This document shows positions 18,453 to 29,500 of a stretch of 64,000 bases of DNA, piece after piece. A model generated the notes under the pieces. The model did no database searches. It was not told the origin of the DNA and saw only the letters and a list, made by a program, of their open reading frames with translations. The position numbers and the translations under genes are program-made. The stretch comes from Candidatus Undinarchaeota archaeon (GTDB lineage Archaea; SpSt-1190; JASMDC01), in assembly GCA_964519305.1 (NCBI GenBank), contig CAZFHY010000012.1, forward strand, positions 67,446 through 131,445, given 5' to 3'. Numbering within the stretch: the first letter of the stretch is position 1; every line of letters begins with the position of its first letter.

Positions 18453-19268
18453 TCAACAGGTACCGTGCACCAGCAGGGCGGCCTTGCGCCCCTCGCGCAT
18501 CATATCGTTGTATGTGAGGCACGCGTCCTGGCTCCTCTCGACGATGAGCTCTAGACCGTGTGACTCCACCGCCTCCCGCACATCATCAGGGACCTCCACT
18601 GCTGAATTGACTCCGTTTCCTATGACAAGTACGTCGATATCGCGGTCGTACACACCGGTGACCATCTCGGGAGTGAGCTTGTGCCCTTTACGCTCGGCCC
18701 ATGCAGTCGCTTCGTGACCGATGAGGCGTACGTCCTTACCGGCCCCGATGAGCCCTTCAGGTGTTTTGGTGTGCTCCTCTCCGACGATCGTGTACAGGCC
18801 CCACTGGAAGAACTCCACAGGGCCCCGCGGGTCGTGGAACGCGACACGGGCCTGGTCACCGAAGACATATGTGAAGCTCGGGACCGCGTTGATGTCGCCT
18901 TTCTCTCCGGGCTGCACGCGGAACGGCAGGTCCATCGAGGCGCTGCCGATGCCGTAGGTCGCCACGAGCACGCCGTCCTTCCCAGGTCCGCGCTCCTCCT
19001 CGGCCGGTACGTACCGGACGTCCAGGAGCGTGTCGTACCCGGCCTCGGCCGCGTATGTCTCGAGCTGTCCTAGCACATCGTTGGCCTGACCGAGGATGGC
19101 CTTCTCGTAACCACTTCCCTGCTCGGGCCTGATAGAACTCAGGTCATTGAGGGGATCCGCCTTGGGAGCCCGGTGCAGAAGGCCTCTCAGACCGGTTCCC
19201 GGTGCAGGCGCCTGCTGATCGAGGTTCTCGTAGATATCGGCAAGATATGCACCGATCTCGTAGAGCAC
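18453..19268 (-). CDS. 'Domain X' fused to an Mth938/AAMDC-like domain
   Basis: GTG 19268 gives MLYEIGAY, matching the paralogue, with TATA 25 nt upstream. The C-terminal DVLVIGNG...A...YN...AALLVHGTC fits Mth938. Confidence 0.8.
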   Translation of the reverse strand: MLYEIGAYLADIYENLDQQAPAPGTGLRGLLHRAPKADPLNDLSSIRPEQGSGYEKAILGQANDVLGQLETYAAEAGYDTLLDVRYVPAEEERGPGKDGVLVATYGIGSASMDLPFRVQPGEKGDINAVPSFTYVFGDQARVAFHDPRGPVEFFQWGLYTIVGEEHTKTPEGLIGAGKDVRLIGHEATAWAERKGHKLTPEMVTGVYDRDIDVLVIGNGVNSAVEVPDDVREAVESHGLELIVERSQDACLTYNDMMREGRKAALLVHGTC

Positions 19269-19392
19269 GACTACCGCGCCGTTAGGAGCCCCATATAAGC
19301 GTTCCCTTGGGGAGCGGGAGGTAGTGAGCTCACAGTCGCTCACTACCAGACATAACAAAGGCCATTTAATATTTCCTGCACTCAGGACCTGT

Positions 19393-22300
19393 ATGGGAAG
19401 GTACCTTGTTGCCATCATGCTCGTCATCCTTTTCCTGGGTGCGAACCACTTCATGGCGTACCGCGCCTCTACCATGGAGGAGCGCATCGACCAGTACGAC
19501 ACCATCGTCCTGGGTCAGGCTGCAGTACAGCCGGGCGCGCCACAGGCCATCCGAGTAGTGGCCCGCCACGTCGGTACCGACAAGCCGCGTCCCGACGAGG
19601 CAGTCAAGGTCTACATCGCGTCCAAGGACAAGCCGCGCGAGAAGAAGCTCATGTTCGAGGGCAAGACTAACACGGAAGGGACCTCAGCGCCCAAGTTCGT
19701 CGCGCCAGAGGAGGAGGGCACCTACACGCTCATCATCGAGTCGGGGACCGATACTCACGAGGCGGTCCTGACCGTGAAGCGCAAGGCCAAGGTGCTCCTT
19801 TCCACGGACAAGCCCCTCTACCAGCCCGGACAACTGGTGCACGTGCGCGCTCTTGCTCTCTCCTCCATCGACGCCAGGCCCCTTGCCGCCACGAACGCCA
19901 CCTTCGAACTGGAGGATCCCAAAGGCAACAAGGTGTATCGCAAGGTCATCACCACGAGCGAGTACGGGATCGCGTCGGTGAGCATTGCGCTGGCCCCCGA
20001 GCTAATACTCGGCAGGTACAGGGTGACCGTTACGGCCAACGGGGTCGAGAGCCAGAAGAGCATCAGAGTAGAGCGGTACGTCCTTCCCAAGTTCAGGGTG
20101 GCCCTGGAGACCGACCGCTCGTTCTACAAACCGAACGACAAGCTCGAGGGGACCATCACCGCCAGGTACTTCTTCGGTAAGCCCGTCTCCAAGGGCGAGG
20201 CCGAGGTCGTGTTCTATACCGTGGACATCGCCGAGCGCGAGCTCCACTCGTGGAAGGGCACGACGGACGAGATGGGCCAGGTCAAGTTCACTTACACCCT
20301 GCCCGCGGCGTTCCACGGCACCGAACTGGAGAAAGGCAGCGCCCTTCTCTTCCTGAACGTCTCTGTCACCGACAGGGGCGACCACGCAGAGGAGATCGTC
20401 CGCCAGTTCCCCATCTCTACCTCGGACATCGTCATAGACATCATCCCCGAGAGCGGACATCTGAACTTCAACTTCCTCAACGTCATGTACGTGGCGACCT
20501 CGACACCCGACGGTGTACCGGTCCCCGCGACGGTGGAAGTGAACGGTGACACCGACTTCACGACCACCATAAAGACCGGGAACCTCGGCCTCGGTTCGTT
20601 CAAGTTCAGGCCCGAGAACAGCAATCCTCTGCTCATCCTCGAAGCCACGGATGCGGAGAGGCGCACAGGCAGCAAGAAGTGGCGCTATAGAGAGGGACGC
20701 GAACGGCGCGACTACGAGCTCGAGCGGAGCACCATCCTCGTCCGCACCGACCGGGGTGTGTACCGGGTCGGCGACACGGCGACGGTCACCGTGCTCCATT
20801 CAGGGGCATCACCGGCAGCCTACGTCGACCTGGTCAAGGACGGACAGACCGTGGACGCTCGGTCCATCTCCCTAAAAGAAGGACAAGGGGAGGCGGTGTT
20901 CGATATCGACGCCTCGATGGCAGGCCAGCTGATCGTGCATGCCTATCACACCACTCGCAGCACTACGGTGGAGCGGGCCACGCGACGTATCGTGGTGCTC
21001 CCCGCGGACCAGCTCGCTGTGTCCGTAGGGACGGACCGGGAAAGCTACAAACCGGGAGAGTTCGCCAAGCTCAGCGTGGCCACGGAGCGTAAGGGCGAGG
21101 GTGTCCCCGCTGCCGTGGGGCTCACCATCGTGGACGAGTCGGTGTTCGCCCTCGAGGAGGCCAAGGCCGGGTTCGAGCGTATGGCGTTCTACTTGGGCCG
21201 CGAGCTCGCGAAACCCAGGTTCACGGTGTACGGGTTCAATCCCATGGCTCCCGAGCGGCCAGCACCGGTCCCTGACGTCGTCAAGGTGGAAGAGGACATC
21301 CAGATCGCCGAGCAGGTGTTCCTGGCGCGCAATGCGCCCGATGCGAAGATCGGTAAGTTCGGCATCCAGGTCTCTACACGCGAGGAGAAGGAGGCCCAAG
21401 TGAAGGAAGCGAAACGCTCGTTCTACCGTAACCAATCCCTTCTGCTGTCCCTCGTGTGCCTTCTTGCAGGGCTCGCGAGCGTGGGCGCTTTCGTCCGTGG
21501 GACCGAGGAGGGGCGTTGGGCCGCTATCAAGGACCTTGTCAAGGGCGTGGTCCTGGTCGGAGTCGTAATCGGTTCCCTGATCGCGTTCGTCTACATGCTC
21601 GACTGGGTGGACGACGGTATCCGCGACATCAACTATCGGGAGCGCGGAGGGCCGCAGGGCGTGCTGCTCCTCACGTTCTTCCTGATGAGCGTCACCCTCT
21701 GGCGGCTCCAGCATGTTCGGGCCGCCGGGTTCTATGCCCGCTTCATCGCAGGCATCCTCTTCCCCATCGCCGTGCTCGGTATCATGGCGGCAGGCACTAT
21801 GGTGCGCAGTCCGATCGTGATAGTCGCGTGCGTCGCGGTCCTTGGAGCGTACGTCCTCAGATCGCTCTTCACGCTGTACAACGCCGCGGTCACGGACACG
21901 GTGCTCTCGGGTGTCAAGAACCACCTCTTCGCCCTTGTGGTCTTCATGATGGTGATCATCGCCATGCCGGTCATCTTCTCCTATACCCATGACAATCCTT
22001 TCGACGAGGATAGGACCACGGTCGTCTTCTTACTTGCCTCGACTCTCCTGATGCTCCCGTTCTCCGGGCTAGCGGCCAGGAACATGCGCCAGCACACGAA
22101 GCTCGCCCTGCCAATGCTGATCTCCGCGTTCGGCATCGCACTACCGCTCCTCATCCTCAGCTTCTTCATGATGGCGATGCCCGCCATTCGGAGCGTCAAT
22201 ATGGGGATGCAGGACGAGGTGTCCGACACCATGCGCGAGCGCATCCTGAACGACATCAAGAGCGCTCCTGAGAAGCAGATCATGACGTCGTTCTCCATGG

Positions 22301-24531
22301 GCAAGGGGGATATGGAGGTCGAGTTCCTGGACGAGGCTGGTGGCGATGGCGCCGAGGAGGAGGGACCACGCGTCCGCGCGTTCTTCCCCGAGACGCTCTA
22401 CGTCAATCCCCAGGTCATCACCGACGCACAGGGAAAGGCCGATATCTACGTCCCCTTGGCCGATTCCATCACGACCTGGAAGGTGGGTGCGATGGCCAAC
22501 GCCATGAGCGGGGAACTGGGCTCGACCGAGGCAGGGATCCTCGTGTTCCAGGACTTCTTCGTTGACATCGACTTCCCCGTGTTCCTCACCCAGAACGATA
22601 CCGTGAGCGTACCGCTGACGATTTACAACTACCTGGACACCGAGCAGGAGGTGCGGCTGGTAGTGGAGGAGGATCCTGACGACCGGTGGTTCACTCTCCA
22701 AGATAGGCTGCTGCCCCTGAGCGATCCATCGAAGCGCGAGATCATAGTCACGCTCGGTGCCAACGACATAATCTCGGCACATCTTTCCCTTCGGGCGGAC
22801 ACCATCGGCAAGCACAACCTCACCGTGTTCGCCTACGGGACCGGATCGTCCGATGCCGTGCGCCGTGAGGTGGAGATCCTGCCCAACGGCCGCGAGTTCC
22901 GCACCAGCACATCAGCCCGTTTGGATGAGGGTTCAGTGACCGTGCCCCTCACCGTTCCGGCCGATGCGATCCCTGACAGCTACAAGGCCGTTCTCAAGCT
23001 CCACCCCGGCGTGATGAGCCAGATCGTCGAGGGGCTCGACGGGATGCTCAAGATGCCCCACGGATGCTTCGAGCAGACCTCGTCCACGACGTACCCCAAC
23101 ATCATGGTGCTCCAGTACCTGCGCGAGACAAAGCAGGCCAATCCCGAGCTGGAACTGAAGGCCGAGAACTTCATCGGCGTGGGCTACCAGCGCCTACTGA
23201 GCTTCGAGACCTCGACGCCCGGCGGGTTCGACTGGTTCGGCAGACCGCCTGCCAAGCTCCTGCTCACGGCCATGGGCCTGCAGCAGTTCAGCGACATGGC
23301 CAAGGTGTACGAGGTGGACCCGGACGTCATCGACCGGACACAGAGGTATCTTCTCTCAGAGCAGAAGCCCGATGGCTCGTGGGAGCCGCAGGGTGCCATG
23401 TTCGAGATGACCACACGGGAGAAGTCACTGACGGGCACCACGTGCTATCTGGTGTGGAGCCTGCTCGAATCAGGCCTAGACCATGATCACAGGGCGTTCT
23501 CCCGTGCGTTGGGCTATATCCGGGATAACATCAACCCGGCCACGGACGACATGTACACCATCGCTCTCTGCGTTAGCGCAATGGTCGAGTACGACGTCTC
23601 CGATTCGCTCACGACCGAGCTCCTCGACCAGGCCGTCGACAGGGCTACGGTCAAGGACGACATGGCGTGGTGGGTCTCTAAGGATATGGGCGAGCCGCGC
23701 GGGTTCACGGGTTCGGGCGGCAAGACCAAGAGCCTCGAGGATAGCGCTATGATCGCGCTCGCCCTCATCAATGCAGGCCACTCCCCCCAGCTGGTCACCA
23801 AGGCACTGGCGTTCATCACATCGGAAAAGGACAGCTTCGGCAAGTGGGGCTCCACGTACGCCACGGTGCTCAGCCTCAAGGCGCTGATGGGCTCGTCGCT
23901 CAAGGCCAAGGAGAGCGCTGATGCCACCATCACCGTGAAGGTCGACGGCACCGAGGTCCGCACCCTACACGTCACGAAGGAGAACGCCGACATCATGCAC
24001 CTGGTATCCCTGGGCGACGAACTGGCACCTGGGGCGCACACCGTCGAGCTGGTCACAGAAGGCGGCGGGCTGCTCCACTATCAGGTCGTGGGCTCGTACT
24101 ACCTGCCATGGTCGCACCCGACGGTGCTCGCCGAGCGTTCCGCGCAGGACATGGTCGGGTTCTCTCTCAAGTACGACAGGACCGAGCTGGCCACCAACGA
24201 CATGGTGACCGCTGACGTCAAGGTATGGAACAACGGCGCCGGCGTGGCGCCCTTCGTCGTCGCCGACATGGGCATCCCGCCCGGATTCGCCGTCGTGGCC
24301 GAGGACCTCGAGGCCCTCAAGCAGAAGGGTATCATCTCGCGATATTCGGTCAAACCGCGTCAGGCCATCCTCTACATCCAGAACCTGGACAATGAGGGGC
24401 TGAGATTCGACTACCGGCTGGTGGCTCTCTACCCTGTGAAGGCCACCGCCCCACGGTCCATTGTGTACGACTACTACCGCCCGGACGCCAAGACCGAGGC
24501 ACCGCCCGTGGACATGATCATCACGGGATAA
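19393..24531 (+). CDS. Alpha-2-macroglobulin family thioester protein with an internal multi-TM insert
   Basis: STDKPLYQPGQ, YVLPKF, RTDRGVYRVGD, FFPETLY, LADSITTW motifs and thioester GCFEQ; N-terminal signal/anchor; 1712 aa. Confidence 0.93.
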   Translation: MGRYLVAIMLVILFLGANHFMAYRASTMEERIDQYDTIVLGQAAVQPGAPQAIRVVARHVGTDKPRPDEAVKVYIASKDKPREKKLMFEGKTNTEGTSAPKFVAPEEEGTYTLIIESGTDTHEAVLTVKRKAKVLLSTDKPLYQPGQLVHVRALALSSIDARPLAATNATFELEDPKGNKVYRKVITTSEYGIASVSIALAPELILGRYRVTVTANGVESQKSIRVERYVLPKFRVALETDRSFYKPNDKLEGTITARYFFGKPVSKGEAEVVFYTVDIAERELHSWKGTTDEMGQVKFTYTLPAAFHGTELEKGSALLFLNVSVTDRGDHAEEIVRQFPISTSDIVIDIIPESGHLNFNFLNVMYVATSTPDGVPVPATVEVNGDTDFTTTIKTGNLGLGSFKFRPENSNPLLILEATDAERRTGSKKWRYREGRERRDYELERSTILVRTDRGVYRVGDTATVTVLHSGASPAAYVDLVKDGQTVDARSISLKEGQGEAVFDIDASMAGQLIVHAYHTTRSTTVERATRRIVVLPADQLAVSVGTDRESYKPGEFAKLSVATERKGEGVPAAVGLTIVDESVFALEEAKAGFERMAFYLGRELAKPRFTVYGFNPMAPERPAPVPDVVKVEEDIQIAEQVFLARNAPDAKIGKFGIQVSTREEKEAQVKEAKRSFYRNQSLLLSLVCLLAGLASVGAFVRGTEEGRWAAIKDLVKGVVLVGVVIGSLIAFVYMLDWVDDGIRDINYRERGGPQGVLLLTFFLMSVTLWRLQHVRAAGFYARFIAGILFPIAVLGIMAAGTMVRSPIVIVACVAVLGAYVLRSLFTLYNAAVTDTVLSGVKNHLFALVVFMMVIIAMPVIFSYTHDNPFDEDRTTVVFLLASTLLMLPFSGLAARNMRQHTKLALPMLISAFGIALPLLILSFFMMAMPAIRSVNMGMQDEVSDTMRERILNDIKSAPEKQIMTSFSMGKGDMEVEFLDEAGGDGAEEEGPRVRAFFPETLYVNPQVITDAQGKADIYVPLADSITTWKVGAMANAMSGELGSTEAGILVFQDFFVDIDFPVFLTQNDTVSVPLTIYNYLDTEQEVRLVVEEDPDDRWFTLQDRLLPLSDPSKREIIVTLGANDIISAHLSLRADTIGKHNLTVFAYGTGSSDAVRREVEILPNGREFRTSTSARLDEGSVTVPLTVPADAIPDSYKAVLKLHPGVMSQIVEGLDGMLKMPHGCFEQTSSTTYPNIMVLQYLRETKQANPELELKAENFIGVGYQRLLSFETSTPGGFDWFGRPPAKLLLTAMGLQQFSDMAKVYEVDPDVIDRTQRYLLSEQKPDGSWEPQGAMFEMTTREKSLTGTTCYLVWSLLESGLDHDHRAFSRALGYIRDNINPATDDMYTIALCVSAMVEYDVSDSLTTELLDQAVDRATVKDDMAWWVSKDMGEPRGFTGSGGKTKSLEDSAMIALALINAGHSPQLVTKALAFITSEKDSFGKWGSTYATVLSLKALMGSSLKAKESADATITVKVDGTEVRTLHVTKENADIMHLVSLGDELAPGAHTVELVTEGGGLLHYQVVGSYYLPWSHPTVLAERSAQDMVGFSLKYDRTELATNDMVTADVKVWNNGAGVAPFVVADMGIPPGFAVVAEDLEALKQKGIISRYSVKPRQAILYIQNLDNEGLRFDYRLVALYPVKATAPRSIVYDYYRPDAKTEAPPVDMIITG

Positions 24532-24540
24532 AGAAAGGAT

Positions 24541-24569
24541 GGGGAGGGGACGTGCCCCCTCCCCTTTCT
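24541..24569. terminator. GC hairpin between convergent genes
   Basis: 9-bp stem GGGGAGGGG / CCCCTCCCC with a short loop, followed by TTTCT and preceded by an A-rich stretch. Confidence 0.6.
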
Positions 24570-24582
24570 CAGATATGCGCGG

Positions 24583-25155
24583 CTACTCCTCGATGACCTT
24601 GATGGTCGGCCGCATCTTGTAGCTGTCCTTGCCAGCGGCGTGGATCGACTCGGCGGCGTCGAAGTCCAGTGTGAGCACCTTCTCCTTCCCCTCCTCGAGG
24701 GTGAAGGGCTTGATGAGCTTCACCGTACCCGACGATATCTCCAGGTCGTGCTCGGTACCGTCGATGGTCACCTTTGCGCTGTCCACGGTCAAACGGATCT
24801 GCGTGTACTTGCCCGCGGTGAGGTTAGCACTGCCGAGCATCTCCTTGACGCCCTTGATTGCGATCAGGTCGAATGTCTTCGCCTCCTCGACGATGACCGA
24901 CCAGCCGGTCTCGGTCGTTACGTTCGGGTCCTCGTCCGCCGATCCGGCGATGTGGACCTGCACCTTCGAGATGGTCACGATGGCCTTCTCGATGTTCAGT
25001 TCGGGTGGAGCGTCGGTTATCTTCATCGTCAGAGTAGCAAAGCTCCCCGATGTATCTCCGGCGTCCACCTCCGGCGCATCGCCCCCGCTGGTACATCCGG
25101 TGACGGCCACGAGGCCGATGAGCAGCAGCGCTGCGATCAGTGTGTTCCTTTCCAT
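24583..25155 (-). CDS. DUF4382-like lipoprotein
   Basis: Lipobox VTGC; TMKITDAP, FDL, AGKYTQIRL and LTLDFDA motifs. Confidence 0.85.
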   Translation of the reverse strand: MERNTLIAALLLIGLVAVTGCTSGGDAPEVDAGDTSGSFATLTMKITDAPPELNIEKAIVTISKVQVHIAGSADEDPNVTTETGWSVIVEEAKTFDLIAIKGVKEMLGSANLTAGKYTQIRLTVDSAKVTIDGTEHDLEISSGTVKLIKPFTLEEGKEKVLTLDFDAAESIHAAGKDSYKMRPTIKVIEE

Positions 25156-25265
25156 GTTGTTCAGCTCTTTAACATGCCCGCCTTGGCCACCAGGGGCAGG
25201 TACCCGGCTCGACATCGAGCTTTAAATGAGTATTGTCGGGGTGAAGAATCGAAAAAAGGGTGAGA

Positions 25266-25285
25266 AGGGGGACACAAGGTCCCCC
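25266..25285 (-). terminator. Hairpin after the second DUF4382 gene
   Basis: GGGGGAC-n5-GTCCCCC stem; T-run on the minus strand at about 25251-25257. Confidence 0.45.
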
Positions 25286-25319
25286 CTCCCGTTCTCTTGA
25301 CCACCAGGATCTATATGTC

Positions 25320-25859
25320 CTATTCCTGGATGATCTTGATGGTCGGCTTCAGCTGGTACTTGTCGCCAGCAGCGTGGATCGACTCGGCAGCATCGAAGTC
25401 CAGGGTCAGAACTGTCTCCTGGTCCGCAACGATATCGAAACCCTTGGTAAGCTTGAGCTTGTCCGAGGGTACGTTGAGATCGTGCTCGGTGCCGTCGATG
25501 GTCACCTTTGCGCTGTCAAGGCTCAGGCGGACCTGAGTGTACTTACCGGCCTCGAGGTCGGCGGTACCCAGCATCTCCTTGACGCCCTTTATCTCGATAA
25601 GGTCAAAGGTCTTGGACTCCTCGACCACAGTGTGCCATCCGGCCTCCATGGTGGCGTTGGGGTCCTCATCGGCCCCGCCAGCCTTGTGCACCTGGATCTT
25701 GGAGAGGGTCACTACGGCCTTCTCGATGTTCAGCTTGGGGGGCGCGTCCGTGATCTTCATGGTGAGCGTCCCGGTGCTTCCACCTTCCCCGCCAGTGCAG
25801 CCTGAGAGGGCCACGATACTGACGAGCAGCAGCGCTGCGATCATTGTGTTCTTTTCCAT
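25320..25859 (-). CDS. DUF4382-like lipoprotein (tandem paralogue)
   Basis: Lipobox LSGC; highly similar to 24583..25155. Confidence 0.85.
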   Translation of the reverse strand: MEKNTMIAALLLVSIVALSGCTGGEGGSTGTLTMKITDAPPKLNIEKAVVTLSKIQVHKAGGADEDPNATMEAGWHTVVEESKTFDLIEIKGVKEMLGTADLEAGKYTQVRLSLDSAKVTIDGTEHDLNVPSDKLKLTKGFDIVADQETVLTLDFDAAESIHAAGDKYQLKPTIKIIQE

Positions 25860-25958
25860 ATCTTCCAACTCACATAGCGCCCTTCCTTTGCCACCGTAGG
25901 CCGCTGGTCGGGCCTGTGACCTCTAGCATTTAAGAACTTATGTTCGAGTGGCCTCATC

Positions 25959-26444
25959 ATGGACCCTGACCCCGGGACACAAGGGATCACCGTACGTCCA
26001 CTGGACCCCGCCGACCGTGACGATGTGTCCTCTGTCATCGAGCTCGACCGGGCCTTCACCACAGAGTTCTTCCCCGACAGGGTCTGGGACGGCGACGGAC
26101 GGGAACGCGAGCTGTGCGAGAGCCTTGCGAGGGGCGAGCGCGTGGTGGTGGCCTGCGATGGCGAACGCGTCATCGGGGCCGCATGGTACAGGTTCACCCG
26201 CGACCGGTGGAGCGGCGAGCAGGTGTGCCGCCTCTCCTTCATCGCCGTCGACCGGGACGCTCGTAACAAGGGTGTGGGTCGGTCGCTGATGGACCACGTC
26301 AAGGCCGATGCACAGCACGAGGGATGCTCCGTTCTGGAAGTATCGGTGAACTATGGCAACGACCGGGCCGCCGGTTTCTACGAGCTCTGTGGCTTCGTCC
26401 CCGCGCGGCGCGTGCTCCGTCTCCCCTTAAAAACCAAGCTATAA
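25959..26444 (+). CDS. GNAT family N-acetyltransferase
   Basis: IAVDRDARNKGVGRSLM and N..AAGFYELCGF motifs. Confidence 0.9.
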   Translation: MDPDPGTQGITVRPLDPADRDDVSSVIELDRAFTTEFFPDRVWDGDGRERELCESLARGERVVVACDGERVIGAAWYRFTRDRWSGEQVCRLSFIAVDRDARNKGVGRSLMDHVKADAQHEGCSVLEVSVNYGNDRAAGFYELCGFVPARRVLRLPLKTKL

Positions 26445-26510
26445 AAAACACGAGCGCGGATTGTACTCCTAGCAGGTAGAAGAAGGTCTATCGAGCGGAG
26501 GGTACTGATA

Positions 26511-29500
26511 GTGGAAGGACCGGTCGGGAAGCGTGGTATTCTTCTTCTACTTACTGCGCTCCTCGTCCTGTACCTTCTGCCCGCCCCAGGCCTTGCCGCC
26601 TGCGATCCCGCATGTAACGACTGTCAGGACTGCGTCAGCGATGCCTGCCAGGCAAAGACCGGCGGTAAATGCTGCGGTGGCACCTGGTACAGCGGGAAGG
26701 ACTGCTGCAACGACAACGACTGCGGTGGATGCGAGAAATGCAGCAACCGCAAGTGCGAGAACGTAGGATGCAGCTCATGCAAGGAGTGCAACAACAACCA
26801 CGGGTGCCAGGACAAGAGCGGCGGTGAGTGCTGCGGGGGTACGTGGTACTCGGGAGGCAATTGCTGCTCGAACTCGGATTGCGGTGCGTGCAAGAAATGC
26901 AACAGCCAGAAGAAGTGCACCGGCTGGAAGTGCGGTGGCGGGGGCTACAGCTGTGCCGTTGGGAGCGCCAACTGGTGCTCGAAGTGCGCCAACAGCAACG
27001 GGGACAACGATGCCAACAGCTGCGTGTGCAAGGGTGGCGTGTGGAAGGCCGACAAGTGCTGCGGCGACGACGGTGCATCGGACGACTATTGCTCGGGCAC
27101 GAACTATTGCTTCGATGGCAGCTGGTATACTAATCCCGATAACAAGAAGTACGGGTGCGAGACCTGCGCTAGCAAGGTATGGCTCAACAGCAAGTGCTGC
27201 GGCGATGACGGTGCGTCGGACGACTACTGTGCTGGCACCGTGAACTTCTGTCTCGATGGCGTAAAGTACACCGATCCTGACAAGAAGAAGTACGGGTGCG
27301 AGACCTGCGCGTCCAAGACCTGGCTCGACAGCAAGTGCTGCGGCGACGATGGCGGTGCCACCGACACCTACTGCGAAGGGACCGGTAAGTACTGTGAGGC
27401 GGGCACCCCACACAACGATCCTGACGAGTCCGAGTACGGGTGCGTCACCTGCGGGAGCAAGATATGGCTCAGCGACAAGTGCTGCGGTGACGACGGAGGG
27501 ACCACCGACACCTACTGCGGTCCGGTCAACAAGTACTGCGAGTCGGGCGTCTACAAGACGGACTATGATAAATCGTCCTACGGCTGCCAGACCTGCGGCT
27601 CAAAGCTCTGGTCGACCCAGGAAACCACATGCTGCGGTGACGACGGGGCCCCCGACGATTTCTGTGCCGCCACCTCGTCCTGGTACTGCCTGACCGGGTC
27701 CAAGACCGTGGACGGCGATGACTCGGCGAACGCGTGCACCTGCATCTTCGGTGCCGACCACTGGGCCCGCTCCACGTGCTGCGATGATCAGGGGGAGGAC
27801 TTCTGCCAGAGCGCCACCTCCGGTGCAGGCACTTGGTACTGCGACGACGGTACACGTGAGCCCGATGCCGACACGAGCCAGCCCGCCTGCGACTGCGAGG
27901 CCGGTGCCAACCTCTACACCAACAAGAACAGCGGTAGCAAGCGCTGCTGTGGTGGCAACGCCGAGGAGGCGGGGGAGACCTGGTGCGAGAGCCCGACGGC
28001 GGGCAGCGGCACCTGGTACTGCGACGGCGCCGTGCGAATGGATGACGCCGACTATAAGCAGGAGTACTGCGACTGCGAGGCCGGCCTGAACCTCTTCACG
28101 GCAAAGAACGCAGGTGCCAACAAGTGCTGCGGCGGCGTCAACGAGGAGGCCGGAGAGACATGGTGCGAGAGCCCTACTGCTGGTAGCGGTGACTGGTACT
28201 GCGAGAGTGCTACTCGCAAGGACGATGCCGATGCCAAGGTTGAGTACTGTGACTGCGAGGCCGGCCTCAACCTCTACACCACGAACAACGCGGGCTCGAA
28301 CAAGTGCTGCGGGGGGACCAATGAGGAGGCCGGCGAGACATGGTGCGAGAACCCTACGAACGGTGCCGGCACCTGGTACTGTGACGGCGCCGTGCGAATG
28401 GACGATGCCGACTACAAAAAGGAGTACTGCGACTGCGAAGCGGGCACCAGTCTTTACTCGGCCAAGAACAGTGGTGCGAACAAATGCTGCGGCGGTGTCA
28501 ACGAGGAGCCCGGCGAGATATGGTGCGAGAGCCCTACGCCCGGTGAGGGCGACTGGTATTGCGAGGGCGCCGTGCGAATGGACGACGCCGACGCGAAGAA
28601 GGAGTACTGCGACTGCGAGGCAGGGCTCCGTCTCTACTCCACGAAGAACAGCGGCGCGAGCATGTGCTGCGGGGGAACCAACGAGGAGGCCGGGGAAACT
28701 TGGTGCGAGAGCCCCACGCCCGGGGACGGCGACTGGTACTGCGAGAACGCTGTGCGCATGGACGATGCCGATGCGAAGCTGGCCTACTGTAACTGTGAAG
28801 CAGGAGAGAACCTCTACACAACCAAGAACAGCGGGGCGAACCGATGCTGCGGCGGAGTGGTTGAAGAGGCAGCCGAGACCTGGTGCGAGAGCCCGACGGC
28901 AGGCAGCGGTACCTGGTACTGTGACGGCGCGGTGCGCATGGACGATGCCGACGTGAAGCAGGCCTACTGCGACTGCGAGGCCGGGCAGGAGCTCTACTCG
29001 ACCAAGAACAGCGGCGCCGATAAGTGCTGTGGTGGCGTCAACGAAGAGGCCGGCGAGACATGGTGCGAGAGCACAAGGATCGGTGACGGCGCATGGTACT
29101 GCGACAATGCTGTGCGCAAGGACGATGCCGATGCCAAGATAGAATACTGCGAGTGCGAGGCCGGGGAGGACCTTTACACCGTTGATAACGCGGGCGACGA
29201 CCGGTGCTGCAGTGGTGACGTCGGCGAGGTGGACACCTGGTGCTCGAACCCAGTGCCCGGTGGCGGGGAGTGGTACTGTGACACCAACGTCCGCAAGGAC
29301 GACGCCGACCTTAAGCGCGAGTACTGCGACTGCGAGGCGGGTCCCGACCTCTACTCGGACAAGAACGGGGGACCGTTCAAGTGCTGCGGCGGTGTCAACG
29401 AGGAGGCAGGGGAGAGCTGGTGCGAAAGCCCGACCCCCGGTGACGGTGCGTGGTACTGCGACAACGCAGTGCGCGAGGACAACTCCGATGACAAGAAGGA

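Noticed and set aside
19269-19505. N-terminal extensions given by the ORF track (also 6141-6404, 41028-41306, 59111-59380, 61620-61934)
   Set aside because: They overlap divergent genes or promoters, and better starts are supported by TATA spacing, RBS or paralogue alignment.
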